A DNA stretch of 57,514 bases from Elusimicrobiota bacterium (GTDB lineage: Bacteria; Elusimicrobiota; UBA8919). The stretch spans positions 534-58,047 of the forward strand of contig DMMW01000035.1 of assembly GCA_003452965.1 (NCBI GenBank). The letters are read 5' to 3'. The notes beneath the pieces are model-generated. The model had not been told where the DNA came from. It saw only the letters and a program-made list of their open reading frames with translations, and ran no database searches. Position 1 is the first letter of the stretch, and every line of letters begins with the position of its first letter. This document shows, piece after piece, positions 1 through 10,322 of the stretch. The position numbers were made by a program, and so were the translations under genes.

Positions 1-44
1 GCGAGGCAAAAAATTAGAGAGACCTAATTTTTTGGAGGTGAAAT

Positions 45-683
45 ATGCCGGTTGAAGTGAAAGTTAAAGTCAATGAGAGGTTTGGTAATCTTGCAAGTGA
101 TATTATAGTTGAAAAAACGGTATCTGCCTTAAAAAGTAACGGAATAAATGTTTATGTGGTTAATAATGGTGAAGAAGCAAAAAAGAAAGTATTAGAAATT
201 ATTCCTAAGGATTCGGAAGTTATGAATATGACATCGACTACCTTGTTAACAATTAATTTGGAACAAGAAATAAACGAATTGGGAAAATTTAATTCAATTC
301 GAAATAAGTTAAATTCAATGAATCAAAAAACCCAAGGACAGGATATGAAACGTTTAGGAGCGGCTCCGGAATGGGTAATAGGAAGCGTTCATGCCGTAAC
401 ACAAGATGGACATCTTTTTATTGCATCTCAGACAGGAAGTCAATTACCAGCATATGCTTACGGTGCAAAGAATGTTATTTGGGTAATTGGTACTCAGAAA
501 ATTGTTGAAAACTTTGATAAAGCGTTTAAACGATTATATGAATATTGTTTTCCGTTGGAGGACCAGCGAGCTCTTAAAGTATATGGCACTCATAGTGGAG
601 TCAATAAAATACTAATAGTAAACAAAGAAGTTGCATCAGAAAGAATTATTGTAATACTTGTTAAAGAAAACATAGGTTTTTGA
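45..683 (+). CDS. LUD-domain protein (LutC/YkgG-like, DUF162 family)
   Basis: 212-aa ORF with GGAGG about 8 nt upstream of the ATG. The pattern ...GAAPEWVIGSVHAVTQDGHLFIASQTGSQLPAYAYGA... recalls stand-alone ~210-aa LUD-domain proteins. Family recalled from memory, not searched. Confidence 0.6.
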   Translation: MPVEVKVKVNERFGNLASDIIVEKTVSALKSNGINVYVVNNGEEAKKKVLEIIPKDSEVMNMTSTTLLTINLEQEINELGKFNSIRNKLNSMNQKTQGQDMKRLGAAPEWVIGSVHAVTQDGHLFIASQTGSQLPAYAYGAKNVIWVIGTQKIVENFDKAFKRLYEYCFPLEDQRALKVYGTHSGVNKILIVNKEVASERIIVILVKENIGF

Positions 684-775
684 ATAAGGGGACATCTGTC
701 CTCTTTATTTCATACCACATTTCTAAAAAGTCCTTGACCCGCCTTGTGGGAATAGTCGAGGTCATTAAAAAGTCC

Positions 776-804
776 TTGACAAACCTATAAAAGTTCGTTA
801 TAAA
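776..804 (+). promoter_or_regulatory. sigma70-like promoter (TTGACA-N17-TATAAA)
   Basis: TTGACA at 776-781, a 17-nt spacer, then TATAAA at 799-804. The predicted TSS (~811) coincides with the first base of a perfect 9-bp hairpin (811-834). Confidence 0.5.
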
Positions 805-810
805 TATAAG

Positions 811-910
811 AGCGGTGAAAAAGTATTCACCGCTCTTGATTACACACCCGCCTACGCTTTCAACGAAAGCTTCGGCGAGGCAAAGGATTTTGAAAGACGA
901 TTACACAGAT
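811..910 (+). repeat. GC-rich intergenic element (family C), copy 1
   Basis: gcggtgaaaaagtattcaccgctcttgattacaca (812-846) matches 50523-50557 at 30/35. ttgaaagacgattacacagat (889-910) matches 50562-50582 at 19/21. The 10-mer gcgaggcaaa (884-893) also occurs at window positions 1-10. Confidence 0.6.
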
Positions 911-954
911 ACTACCATCGTCTTGCTTTTTTGTTGCTGGAGAAATCTTTAAAT

Positions 955-2676
955 ATGGTAATTTCAATTAATACAATTTTAAATAAAACCGTTAGAAAAG
1001 TTATTTTTTTAACAGTTTTTTTTATTTTATCATTTTTAAAAGCTGGTTTAAATTCACAAATATCGGAACAGAATATAAACTCTGCTGCATTGCTTCAGCA
1101 GTTTGTTGGAACCCGCGCTCCTTCTATGGGCGAGGCGTTTACGGCTGTTTCAGACGATATTTATGCATTGCATTACAATCCCGCCGGTTTGGTTAAATTA
1201 AATCAGGAACTTGGCGGAATGTATTTTAAGGATGAGGAAAGAAATTGTAAATATCTTCTTGTTGGTTACGGTCAATCTTTTCCGGGGATAGGAACATTGG
1301 CAAACAGTTTATATTTTTATGATGCCGGAAAAATCGTCTTTGAAGATGAAGAAGAAAATATTCAAACTTTGGATTTTCAAAAAGATTATCTTTATACATT
1401 GGGTTTTGCAAGAAAAGCGGCAAAGGATTTTTCGTTGGGAATAAATCTAAAGTTGTATTCTTCGACAATGAGGGAGTTGTATTTTGCTGAATCATATTGT
1501 CTGGATGTTGGTGCGATTTATGATACACCACTAAAAGGTTTATCTGTAGGGGCTGTCTTACAGAACTTGGGTTCGCCGATTCAATATACCGAAGAACAAT
1601 ATCCATTGCCAAATACCGCACGTTTTGGTGCTACGTATAAACTGATGTTAAATACGAAAAGATTGGAAGGCAATGTTTTTACAATTTCAGCTGATGTTGT
1701 TAAGTCAAGTGACAGTGTTTTTAGACAAAATTTCGGTGTTGAATGCGGTATTAAGGATATGTTGTTTTTTCGCGCCGGATATAAAATGGGATATGATAAT
1801 GAAGATTATAGTTTCGGCGTGGGCTTGAGGTGGTATGGATTTCAGGCGGATTACGGAGCTATAATGCGGGATTTATTAGCTATGAATCCTATTTCTTTTA
1901 GCTGGAGAAAAACTGAGAAAAAAGAAAAAGAGGAAGAAAAACCGGATGAGGCAAAGAAAGATGATTTAAAATCTGTTATGAATGTGGAAAAACCTGTGGC
2001 AAGAAATGAACAATCAATTGTTACAGTTGAGGAACCGCCGACTTTGGAACGGGATCCGCGAATAATTAAAAAGTTAAGCGAGAAATTTATTGAATTATGT
2101 GCAAAGGGTAATTATAGCGAAGCGTTAAAAACCGTTATAAAGCAGAAGGAAGTAGATCCTGAAAATATTTCATGGGCTAGGATGGCGGAAAAATTGGATA
2201 AAGTTGTTAAGATTATTCCGTCTGCAACTGAAGAAGGCAAAATTCAGGAATTAATCAGAAAAACAGTCAATGGTTATCTTGCTATAAAAGGCAATGAAAG
2301 GATTGCAATTATGGCGGCAAAATATGCGTTACAGCTACAACCAAAGAATCAAAATCTGAACAGACTCTGTGATCTGATGTGTTTGGAATATCCGGGTATA
2401 GCAGAAGCAGAGGTAACCAAACCTTATGTCACAATTGTCGAACAAAAGGTTGCTGCTGCTTTGGATTATATTTATGAAGGTAAATATGAGCAGGCGATAT
2501 TTGAATGTGATGATGCATTATCTCTTGAAGAGAATAACGTTACCGCATTAAAAAGAAAAGGTTCAGCATATTATGCGCTCGGTAAAAAGGATTTGGCTAT
2601 AAGTAATTGGAATAAAGCAGAAAGAATTTCCCCTTATGATCTCGAGATAAGATCTTTTCTTGAAAAAATAAAATAA
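955..2676 (+). CDS. PorV/PorQ-like outer-membrane beta-barrel domain fused to a C-terminal TPR domain
   Basis: The track ORF starts at TTG 931. The in-frame ATG at 955 has GGAG about 10 nt upstream and gives a signal-peptide-like N-terminus. SMGEAFTAVSDDIYALHYNPAGL is the hallmark first strand of PorV/PorQ-type barrels. A K/E-rich linker is followed by TPR-like helices near the C-terminus. Confidence 0.5.
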   Translation: MVISINTILNKTVRKVIFLTVFFILSFLKAGLNSQISEQNINSAALLQQFVGTRAPSMGEAFTAVSDDIYALHYNPAGLVKLNQELGGMYFKDEERNCKYLLVGYGQSFPGIGTLANSLYFYDAGKIVFEDEEENIQTLDFQKDYLYTLGFARKAAKDFSLGINLKLYSSTMRELYFAESYCLDVGAIYDTPLKGLSVGAVLQNLGSPIQYTEEQYPLPNTARFGATYKLMLNTKRLEGNVFTISADVVKSSDSVFRQNFGVECGIKDMLFFRAGYKMGYDNEDYSFGVGLRWYGFQADYGAIMRDLLAMNPISFSWRKTEKKEKEEEKPDEAKKDDLKSVMNVEKPVARNEQSIVTVEEPPTLERDPRIIKKLSEKFIELCAKGNYSEALKTVIKQKEVDPENISWARMAEKLDKVVKIIPSATEEGKIQELIRKTVNGYLAIKGNERIAIMAAKYALQLQPKNQNLNRLCDLMCLEYPGIAEAEVTKPYVTIVEQKVAAALDYIYEGKYEQAIFECDDALSLEENNVTALKRKGSAYYALGKKDLAISNWNKAERISPYDLEIRSFLEKIK

Positions 2677-2719
2677 ACTGTAACTATTTCTATCAGTATA
2701 ACTCTATTGTAATAAAAAT

Positions 2720-4192
2720 ATGTCTTTAGAAATTTTATTAATCAGTGTTTCATTGTTACTAATAACCAGCATAATTGCGAGCAAGACATCCAATCGATTT
2801 GGTATTCCTTCGCTTCTGATTTTCTTGGTTATCGGTATATTATTGGGTTCGGAAGGTATTGTAGGTATCCAATTTGATAATCCGAAACTTGCCCAATATA
2901 TAGGGATAATAGCATTGGTGTTTATCTTATTTGCAGGTGGATTGGAAACGGAATGGAGAATTGTTAAATCTGTGATTTATGAAGGTATTGCCTTATCAAC
3001 AATAGGGGTGCTTATTACTGCATTGATTTTAGCATTATTTGCAGTTTTAGTTCTCAAGTTTTCAATATTGGAAGGTTTGTTACTTGGAGCCATTGTATCT
3101 TCAACTGACGCAGCTGCGGTTTTTTCGGTACTTCGGTCAAAAAAAGTGAGTCTTTCAGGTGAATTAACTCCGTTGCTGGAACTGGAATCGGGTAGCAATG
3201 ATCCTATGGCAGTTTTTCTAACTGTCGGATTTATTAGCTTTATTGTCGGCATTAATAACTCAGTATTTAATATGGTTACTTTATTTATATCGCAGATGGG
3301 TGTCGGAGCTCTTTTAGGATTTATTTTAGGTAAGGGTATTGTTTATTTTATTAATAAAATAAAGTTGGAATATGACGGGTTATACCCGGTTTTTACAATG
3401 GCATTTATTTTATTAACCTACGCGTTTGTAAGTATTTTAAAAGGGAACGGTTTTCTTGCTATTTATATTGTGGGATTAATAATGGGGAACAGCAATATAG
3501 TTCAAAAAAGAAATTTGATTCATTTTCATAGCGGGATTGCATGGTTGATGCAAATTACAATGTTCCTTACTTTAGGGCTTTTGGTATTTCCGAGCAGAAT
3601 ATTGCCGATTGTCGGAATAGGATTATTGACTTCAATATTCTTGATGTTTGTTGCCAGGCCATTGGGTGTGTTTGCTATATTGTCGCCCACAAAGTTTAAT
3701 TTTAGAGAAAAAACATTAATATCATGGGTGGGTTTAAGAGGGTCAGTTCCGATTATATTAGCGACCTTTTCTCTAATTGCTGGGATAAAAAAAGCGGATA
3801 TTATTTTTAATATTGTTTTTTTTATTGTGCTAACTTCAGCACTTATTCAGGGGACTACAATTTCTTTTGTTGCAAAATTGCTTAAAGTAAATGTTCCTTT
3901 AAGAAATAAGAAACATTATCCGCTGGAATTTGAATATACCGATGATTTAAATACAAGATTGATTGATTTTGTAGTTCCTTATACTTCATGGATGATAGGA
4001 AAATCAGTGTCCGAAATAGGTCTGCCTGCGGATAGTCTTATAACCCTCGTTGTTAGAGAAGAAAAATTTATTGTTCCCAGTGGTCAAACGATCGTTGAAT
4101 CCGGCGATGTATTGCTTATAATAGTAAATAATAATAATCTCCAGGAAATATTAGATTTATTTTCCCACCAAAAGAAAAAAACTAACAGGTAA
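2720..4192 (+). CDS. K+/H+ antiporter, CPA1 family (NhaP2/CvrA-like) with C-terminal TrkA-C/RCK_C domain
   Basis: 490 aa and polytopic. The motif LGAIVSSTDAAAVFSVLR is typical of the Na_H_exchanger fold. The soluble C-terminal ~80 aa (GKSVSEIGLPADSLITLVVRE...GDVLLII) looks like TrkA-C. Confidence 0.8.
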   Translation: MSLEILLISVSLLLITSIIASKTSNRFGIPSLLIFLVIGILLGSEGIVGIQFDNPKLAQYIGIIALVFILFAGGLETEWRIVKSVIYEGIALSTIGVLITALILALFAVLVLKFSILEGLLLGAIVSSTDAAAVFSVLRSKKVSLSGELTPLLELESGSNDPMAVFLTVGFISFIVGINNSVFNMVTLFISQMGVGALLGFILGKGIVYFINKIKLEYDGLYPVFTMAFILLTYAFVSILKGNGFLAIYIVGLIMGNSNIVQKRNLIHFHSGIAWLMQITMFLTLGLLVFPSRILPIVGIGLLTSIFLMFVARPLGVFAILSPTKFNFREKTLISWVGLRGSVPIILATFSLIAGIKKADIIFNIVFFIVLTSALIQGTTISFVAKLLKVNVPLRNKKHYPLEFEYTDDLNTRLIDFVVPYTSWMIGKSVSEIGLPADSLITLVVREEKFIVPSGQTIVESGDVLLIIVNNNNLQEILDLFSHQKKKTNR

Positions 4193-4196
4193 CGAA

Positions 4197-6725
4197 ATGA
4201 ATAAATTAGTTATAAAAGGACTTACTGAGCAGGAAGCTCAGGAAAGATTAAATTCAGAAGGATATAATGAACTCCCTTCCTCAAAAAAGCGGAGTATTTT
4301 TTTTATAGCTTTTGAAGTGGCAAAAGAACCGATGTTTATTCTTCTGGTATCTTGTGGTATTATATATTTAATTTTGGGTGATGTACGTGAGGCGATAATT
4401 TTAATGTTTTTTGTTTTTGTAATTATGTGTATTACTTTTATTCAAGAAAGAAAAACAGAAAGGGCATTGGAATCGTTGCGTGATTTGACCAGTCCGCGAG
4501 CATCCGTTTTAAGAGATGGGCAGAAGATAAGGATAGCGGGCAGAGAAGTAGTTCGTGGAGATATAATGATTTTGGCAGAAGGAGACAGGATACCAGCCGA
4601 TGCGATATTATTGGAATCTCAAAATCTTTCTATTGATGAATCTCTTCTTACTGGTGAATCAGTCCCTGTAATGAAATATCCAGATGAATTGGACAATACG
4701 GTGATGTCCGGTGGTGAAAATCAATCTTATTTATTTTCAGGAACTATGGTGGTTCAGGGGCAAGGAATTGCCGAAGTAGTATCCGTTGGCACGAATACTA
4801 AAATAGGCAAGATTGGGAAATCTCTACAGGTAATAAAAGAAGAGGAAACAATATTAAAGAAAGATATAAGAAAAACGGTAAAAGTAATTGGAATAACCAG
4901 TGCGGTTTTATGCGTTGCAGTTATAATTATTTATGGTATTACCAGAAGTAACTGGCTTAACGGTTTTCTTGCAGGCATCACGCTTGCCATGGCGATGATA
5001 CCGGAAGAATTCCCGGTAGTATTGACTGTTTTTATGTCTTTAGGTGCATGGCGTATTTCTCAAAAACGGGTGCTTACCAGAAGAATTCCAGCTGTTGAAA
5101 CTTTGGGTTCTGCTACAGTATTATGTGTTGATAAAACAGGAACCCTTACAATGAATATAATGAGGGTTCAACAACTCTGTGTTGATAATGAAGTATTCAA
5201 TGTGCCGAAATCAAAAAATGCTAATCTTGATGAACGATTTCATGAAATAGTAGAGTATGGGATACTGGCAAGCCAGACAGACCCATTTGATCCGATGGAA
5301 AAAGCGATACGGGAACTCGGTGAAATATTTCTTGCGGACACAGAACACATACATAACGACTGGACAATGGTACAGGAATATCCGCTATCAAAATCACTTC
5401 TTGCAATGTCCCGCGTATGGAAAAAGCATGGAAGTGGGGATTATACCATATCTGCCAAGGGATCACCTGAAGCGATTATGGATTTATGTCATTTTGATTC
5501 AATGCAAACAAAAAATTTAGAAATATTTATTGAACAAATGGCAAAAGACGGGTTAAGGGTTATAGCGGTTGCAAAATCAAGATTCAAGCCTAAAGTATTA
5601 CCTGAAATTCAACACGATTTTGATTTCAAATTTGAAGGGCTTATAGGTCTTGCAGACCCGGTAAGAGAACAGGTGCCTGCTTCCATAAAAGAATGTTACA
5701 ATGCGCATATAAGGGTTGTAATGATAACTGGCGACTATCCTGTCACGGCACAGAACATAGCATCACAAATCGGACTTAAGAACAAGGAAAAATTTATTAC
5801 AGGGCAGGAATTGGATAATTTGGATGATGAAGAACTATGCAGAATAATAAAAGACATAAATATTTTTGCACGGGTAGTTCCCGAACAAAAATATAAAATA
5901 GTAAACGGTTTAAAAAAAATAGGTGAAATTGTGGCAATGACTGGCGACGGAGTAAATGATGCCCCTGCCTTAAAAGCCGCCAATATCGGTATCGCTATGG
6001 GCGGAAGGGGTACCGATGTAGCAAGGGAGTCAGCATCATTGGTTTTGCTTGATGATGATTTTTCATCAATTGTAACCGCTGTAAAAATGGGCAGGCGAAT
6101 ATTTGATAATCTAAAAAAGGCGATATCTTACATACTTGCAATACATATCCCTATAGTAGGTTTGAGTCTTATAACTGTAATATTAAAGTGGCCGCTCATA
6201 TTATTTCCGGTACACATAGTATTTCTTGAACTTATAATAGATCCAGCCTGTTCTCTTGTATTTGAAGCTGAAAGCGAGGAAAAAGATATAATGATTCGGC
6301 CTCCACGGAATGTAAAGGAATCGCTTTTCTGCAAACATACAGTAGTTTACAGTATTTTACAGGGTTTAATTCTTTTAATTATAGTTACCGCAGTATTTGT
6401 TTTAACCCAGCATCTTGGTGAAAATATAGAACAGGCAAGGGCGCTTTCGTTTGTAGTTCTCATAATAGGCAACATAGGGTTAATAATGTCAAACCGTTCA
6501 TGGACACTAACCATACCTAAACTGATGAAGCAAAAAAACACCGCATTAGTTCTTGTTATATTTGGCGCCATAACATTTTTAATTTTGGTTTTATTTATTC
6601 CGATATTAAGGAATATTTTCCGCTTTGGACCTTTACATATCATAGATATAATAATATGCATATCTACGGGAATAATAAGCATAGTCTTATTTGAAGTAAT
6701 AAAATTTATCCGTATAAAGAATTGA
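4197..6725 (+). CDS. cation-translocating P-type ATPase (P2-type, Ca2+/Mg2+-ATPase-like)
   Basis: Phosphorylation motif CVDKTGTLT, plus TGES, MITGD and MTGDGVNDAPALK. The N-terminus resembles the Cation_ATPase_N start (LTEQEAQERLNSEGYNELP). 842 aa. Confidence 0.9.
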   Translation: MNKLVIKGLTEQEAQERLNSEGYNELPSSKKRSIFFIAFEVAKEPMFILLVSCGIIYLILGDVREAIILMFFVFVIMCITFIQERKTERALESLRDLTSPRASVLRDGQKIRIAGREVVRGDIMILAEGDRIPADAILLESQNLSIDESLLTGESVPVMKYPDELDNTVMSGGENQSYLFSGTMVVQGQGIAEVVSVGTNTKIGKIGKSLQVIKEEETILKKDIRKTVKVIGITSAVLCVAVIIIYGITRSNWLNGFLAGITLAMAMIPEEFPVVLTVFMSLGAWRISQKRVLTRRIPAVETLGSATVLCVDKTGTLTMNIMRVQQLCVDNEVFNVPKSKNANLDERFHEIVEYGILASQTDPFDPMEKAIRELGEIFLADTEHIHNDWTMVQEYPLSKSLLAMSRVWKKHGSGDYTISAKGSPEAIMDLCHFDSMQTKNLEIFIEQMAKDGLRVIAVAKSRFKPKVLPEIQHDFDFKFEGLIGLADPVREQVPASIKECYNAHIRVVMITGDYPVTAQNIASQIGLKNKEKFITGQELDNLDDEELCRIIKDINIFARVVPEQKYKIVNGLKKIGEIVAMTGDGVNDAPALKAANIGIAMGGRGTDVARESASLVLLDDDFSSIVTAVKMGRRIFDNLKKAISYILAIHIPIVGLSLITVILKWPLILFPVHIVFLELIIDPACSLVFEAESEEKDIMIRPPRNVKESLFCKHTVVYSILQGLILLIIVTAVFVLTQHLGENIEQARALSFVVLIIGNIGLIMSNRSWTLTIPKLMKQKNTALVLVIFGAITFLILVLFIPILRNIFRFGPLHIIDIIICISTGIISIVLFEVIKFIRIKN

Positions 6726-6800
6726 AAATGGGTATGTACAATCTTATCAATTTTTTAGAATTTTAGCCACACTGAGTTCAATCCTACTGCAGGATAAATA

Positions 6801-6842
6801 GTATAGAGAATAGCGTATAGAGGTAAGCGGATAGTTATAAGT
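6801..6842. repeat. degenerate 7-nt (14-nt periodic) tandem repeat
   Basis: gtataga gaatagc gtataga ggtaagc ggatagt tataagt, in the convergent intergenic region. Confidence 0.5.
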
Positions 6843-6956
6843 AATATTAAGAGTTAGAAATTTTCAAACATGTAGATTCTTTGTTGGATATATGTAGGAT
6901 ATTAATTGAAAAATAATAAACTAATCTCAATAAGATATACGACAACTCCGTGTTTT

Positions 6957-8702
6957 CTAATGAAGGGTGCTTGTTATTTTTACAGAGTTGGGTTTTGAGT
7001 TTGGCGAGGAAACTGATACTATAATGGTTCCTGGTTTTGTTGTAGAAAACAATGTTGCGTTTGCAACTCCGTTAATTGCAGTAGTGTTGAATATTTGTTC
7101 ATTGTTTGAAAATATTCCAGGTCCCTTTAATTCAAATGTTACCGGCGCTTTTATAAAAGCATGCAAATCGTATATATCTTTTATTTCCGCCCTGATAATG
7201 GTTCCGCTTGTTCCGTCAGAACTAATGTTTTCTGGATTGGCTTCAATCTTTATAGATTTTGGAAATAAGCTATTGATATATTCTTCTATCCATTTATAGT
7301 CTCCAGGTGCTGATTCATAAGGATTAAGTCCGATTTTACTTTCGCTATATAATAATTCAAAATAATTCGGGATACCATCATCATCGTCATCTTCAGGATA
7401 AATTCCAGCTGAATAAATCGGGTAATCATCATCATCAACGCTATCTATAATTCTGCCGGTGTAATTTATAACATCATCAATAATTCTTTTGTCTACAGGA
7501 TCCAGAGCCGGGACTCTTGCTCCGACTTTATCCAAGACGATATTATGGACTTCTTCCGCAGGATGTTCTTTTATGCCTGAAAGCTTGGTAACAGGAGTAT
7601 CCGATTTAAATTTTTCCGTTTCCGAACTTTCTCCGAAAAAATAAACCAAATCCCAATCATCACTGATATCTGGATTATCATGATTAAAATTTCCTTTTAT
7701 ATAAAATTTTGAATCGTCATGAATATAATATTGTCCGTTATTCCACCCCGGATAATTAAAGATTACTATGCAACCGCCATTATGTTTTTCACTGTTCCTT
7801 TTGAAATAATTTTTTAATACATTCCAGTACATAGGTCCGAAGTTAGCTCTTGTCGGGCTGGATGTAAAATCTATTGCTTTATCAGAAAAATTATACATAA
7901 GGTTGTTTATAATCTCACCGGATGTATTGCTGTTGCATTCAGGTAATCTCATTTTTAGGTGAGCAAAAAGATTATGATGTATAGATATGTTTTTTGAGTC
8001 ATCCCCGACTAATAGTCCAAAACCGTGTTCTTCGTAAGCCATTAAACCTTCGGATATAATATTCCATTGCCAGGTCACATTATGTGAAGGAAACCATGTT
8101 ACTGCAATTTCATCTGAACCCCAACTTAATGAACAATGGTCTACAATTATGTTATACGGCGGTGTATCATAATTTTCTATACTAATGCAATCCTGGTTTC
8201 GCGTTATATTGCGTTCTTTTCCGTTTCTCCAGCGGAGTCCGCGAACTATAACGTCATGTGTTGAAATTCTAAGCGCTCCGTTACTTATACATATACCTGA
8301 ACTCGGTGCTGTTTGACCTGCAATTGTAAGATAAGGATTTTTGACATATATATCTTTCTTTAGTTTTATATTTCCGCCTGTTTTAAAAATAACCACTCTT
8401 GGTCTATCATCCATCAACGCTTCTCTAAGACTACCTTTTCCTTTGTCTTTAGTATTAGTTACTTTTAAGATAACCGGTGTTGAACTGCCGCCGAAAGCAC
8501 CGCGAGTTTTAGAACCAAATCCTTCAGCGCCGGGAAACGAAGGAATCGTAATGAGACAATCAGTAAAGAAAGAAATGTACAATAAAAGAAAAAAGAATAT
8601 TTTTAAAGTAAACTCCCAGCATAACGGTGGTTTTGAAACACCTTTTACTCTATCTACTTTGTCGCTGGCATTTTCTAACAGGACAAACCTCATATTTGAC
8701 AT
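6957..8702 (-). CDS. secreted pectate-lyase-like right-handed beta-helix protein with acidic Ca-binding-like linker and C-terminal Ig-like (Big) domain
   Basis: N-terminal hydrophobic anchor. FPGAEGFG...GSLREAL...PRVVIFK.GG.I...TIAGQTAPSSGI...VIVRGLRWR resembles the PL1 pectate lyase core. Also DDDDDGIPNYFE, and a C-terminal ~90-aa Ig-like beta segment. Confidence 0.55.
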   Translation of the reverse strand: MSNMRFVLLENASDKVDRVKGVSKPPLCWEFTLKIFFFLLLYISFFTDCLITIPSFPGAEGFGSKTRGAFGGSSTPVILKVTNTKDKGKGSLREALMDDRPRVVIFKTGGNIKLKKDIYVKNPYLTIAGQTAPSSGICISNGALRISTHDVIVRGLRWRNGKERNITRNQDCISIENYDTPPYNIIVDHCSLSWGSDEIAVTWFPSHNVTWQWNIISEGLMAYEEHGFGLLVGDDSKNISIHHNLFAHLKMRLPECNSNTSGEIINNLMYNFSDKAIDFTSSPTRANFGPMYWNVLKNYFKRNSEKHNGGCIVIFNYPGWNNGQYYIHDDSKFYIKGNFNHDNPDISDDWDLVYFFGESSETEKFKSDTPVTKLSGIKEHPAEEVHNIVLDKVGARVPALDPVDKRIIDDVINYTGRIIDSVDDDDYPIYSAGIYPEDDDDDGIPNYFELLYSESKIGLNPYESAPGDYKWIEEYINSLFPKSIKIEANPENISSDGTSGTIIRAEIKDIYDLHAFIKAPVTFELKGPGIFSNNEQIFNTTAINGVANATLFSTTKPGTIIVSVSSPNSKPNSVKITSTLH

Positions 8703-8776
8703 GGATATTCTCGCATTATATAATCGTTTGTGTTATGATTGTATTAAATTTATCAAAAAAAATCAAATAATTTAAA

Positions 8777-8804
8777 TTGACATTGTTCTATGTTTAAGTA
8801 AAAT
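8777..8804 (+). promoter_or_regulatory. sigma70-like promoter (TTGACA-N16-TAAAAT)
   Basis: TTGACA at 8777-8782 and TAAAAT at 8799-8804, upstream of the DUF360 gene. Confidence 0.4.
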
Positions 8805-8860
8805 ATTATAAAAAGAGTGCTGTGATAAAAAAACATTTATATAGAAGTAAAACATAAATT

Positions 8861-9340
8861 ATGAGAAATATTATTTTAAAGATAATAATAAATATTATCA
8901 CTTTTGTTTTGGTGGTCTACTTTGTGCCAGGTATATGGGTTGATTCAATGTTAACCGTAATAGTTGCAGTAGTAATTCTTACATTGATAAATGTTTTTTT
9001 AAAGCCATTGATTCTTATATTTACATTACCTTTTAATATTGTATCGTTAGGATTATTTACTTTAATAATTAATGGATTTATTTTTTATGTTGTTTCAAAA
9101 ATAGTGCCAGGTTTTAGTGTTTCAAGTTTTTGGAATGCTGTGTGGTGTGCTTTGATATTTTCAGTCATAAGTTTCTTCTTAAATCTATTTACAGGTTCAC
9201 GTGACAATGTCAAATTCAAATTTTATGATAGTAATAAATTCCGTGACAATGAAGAATCAACAAAAAGATATAAAGATGTCATTGATGTAGAAGTGAAAGA
9301 AAAAAAAGATGAAAATCAGGGAATAGTGTATAGAGGTTAG
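8861..9340 (+). CDS. phage-holin-4_2 / DUF360 (YvlD-like) small membrane protein
   Basis: Four TM-like segments. The pattern ...VPGIWVDS...LINVFLKPLILIFTLPFNIVSLGLFTLIINGFIFYVVSKIVPGFSVSSFW... matches the DUF360 layout. K/E-rich tail. Confidence 0.65.
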   Translation: MRNIILKIIINIITFVLVVYFVPGIWVDSMLTVIVAVVILTLINVFLKPLILIFTLPFNIVSLGLFTLIINGFIFYVVSKIVPGFSVSSFWNAVWCALIFSVISFFLNLFTGSRDNVKFKFYDSNKFRDNEESTKRYKDVIDVEVKEKKDENQGIVYRG

Positions 9341-9395
9341 TGGATATCTTTGGGTTAACTTCAATAATATCACACCTTTATCTATTCCCTTTACG

Positions 9396-10316
9396 CTATT
9401 CACCATCCGCTGAAGTTTTTAGTGTCCACCAGTTATCATTGTTTACAATGATTTTATTTCTCTCCAAAAGCCACATTTCTTTTAAAATAGTTCTCTTGTC
9501 TATTCCAATCACATTTTGTACATCCTTTAGTTGCATAGGCCTTCTTTTTAGCACCTCTAAAATATATTTGGATACATTTCTTCCGGTATTTTCAGATTTT
9601 TTTTTGTCATTATAAGAAATTATTTTGCATTTATTCCCAAAAAACTTTTTTATTTTAGTAAGTTCTTTCCATCTAAGCGGTTTGGCGGAGATTTTCGTTG
9701 GAGGTCTTACTACAGTATTTAAGTGAATCTCATCTGGATTAATTTTTAATATGGCTTTCCTGAGCGACTTTAATTCTGCAGGAGAGTCATTAATATTTTT
9801 AACCAATAAGATTTCAAGCCAAATTTTTCCTTTGAATATTTTCCTAAATTCAGATAAACCATTTATAATTTTATTTATTTTAAGTTTTTTATGCGGTCTA
9901 TTAATTTTATTGAAACTAAATATTGCATCAAGTGAAGGTGCTACGATGTCGGCATGTAATAAATCTTTTCTTAGAGTTTCTCTATAAAAAAGCGTTCCGT
10001 TAGTTAATACAACAATGGGGATATTGGTAATTTTTTTTATTTCCGAAATCAATCTACCAATATTTGAATTCAGCGTCGGTTCTCCGCTACCGGAAAATGT
10101 TAGATAATCAATTTTTATGTTTGATTTTAATACTTGTATCAATTCATTTAAAATGGGTTTTATCGCTACATAAGGTTTCCTTTGTAATGTAAGTTTTGTT
10201 GTATTCCCAATCTGGCAGTAAACGCAGTCAAGCGTACATACTTTTCTGGGAATAATATCAATTCCAAGTGACAAACCAAATCTTCTTGAAGGTACAGGTC
10301 CGAATATGTATTTCAT
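9396..10316 (-). CDS. radical SAM protein (COG0731-like) with C-terminal winged-helix-like tail
   Basis: CTLDCVYCQ gives the CxxxCxxC cluster motif, and GSGEPTL is a SAM-binding motif. There is no SD; see the leaderless promoter feature. Confidence 0.8.
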   Translation of the reverse strand: MKYIFGPVPSRRFGLSLGIDIIPRKVCTLDCVYCQIGNTTKLTLQRKPYVAIKPILNELIQVLKSNIKIDYLTFSGSGEPTLNSNIGRLISEIKKITNIPIVVLTNGTLFYRETLRKDLLHADIVAPSLDAIFSFNKINRPHKKLKINKIINGLSEFRKIFKGKIWLEILLVKNINDSPAELKSLRKAILKINPDEIHLNTVVRPPTKISAKPLRWKELTKIKKFFGNKCKIISYNDKKKSENTGRNVSKYILEVLKRRPMQLKDVQNVIGIDKRTILKEMWLLERNKIIVNNDNWWTLKTSADGE

Positions 10317-10322
10317 GAAAAA

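Noticed and set aside
8-33. Perfect 10-bp hairpin (aaaaaattag-agagac-ctaatttttt) as an intrinsic terminator of the gene upstream of the window.
   Set aside because: The stem is almost pure A:T (one G:C pair) and abuts the SD of the first gene. It is too weak to call a terminator, and the upstream context is outside the window.
6770-6790. gagttcaatcctac resembling a tRNA T-arm/T-loop (GTTCAATCC).
   Set aside because: The surrounding 80 nt are AT-rich, and no acceptor, D or anticodon stems can be drawn. It is not a tRNA.
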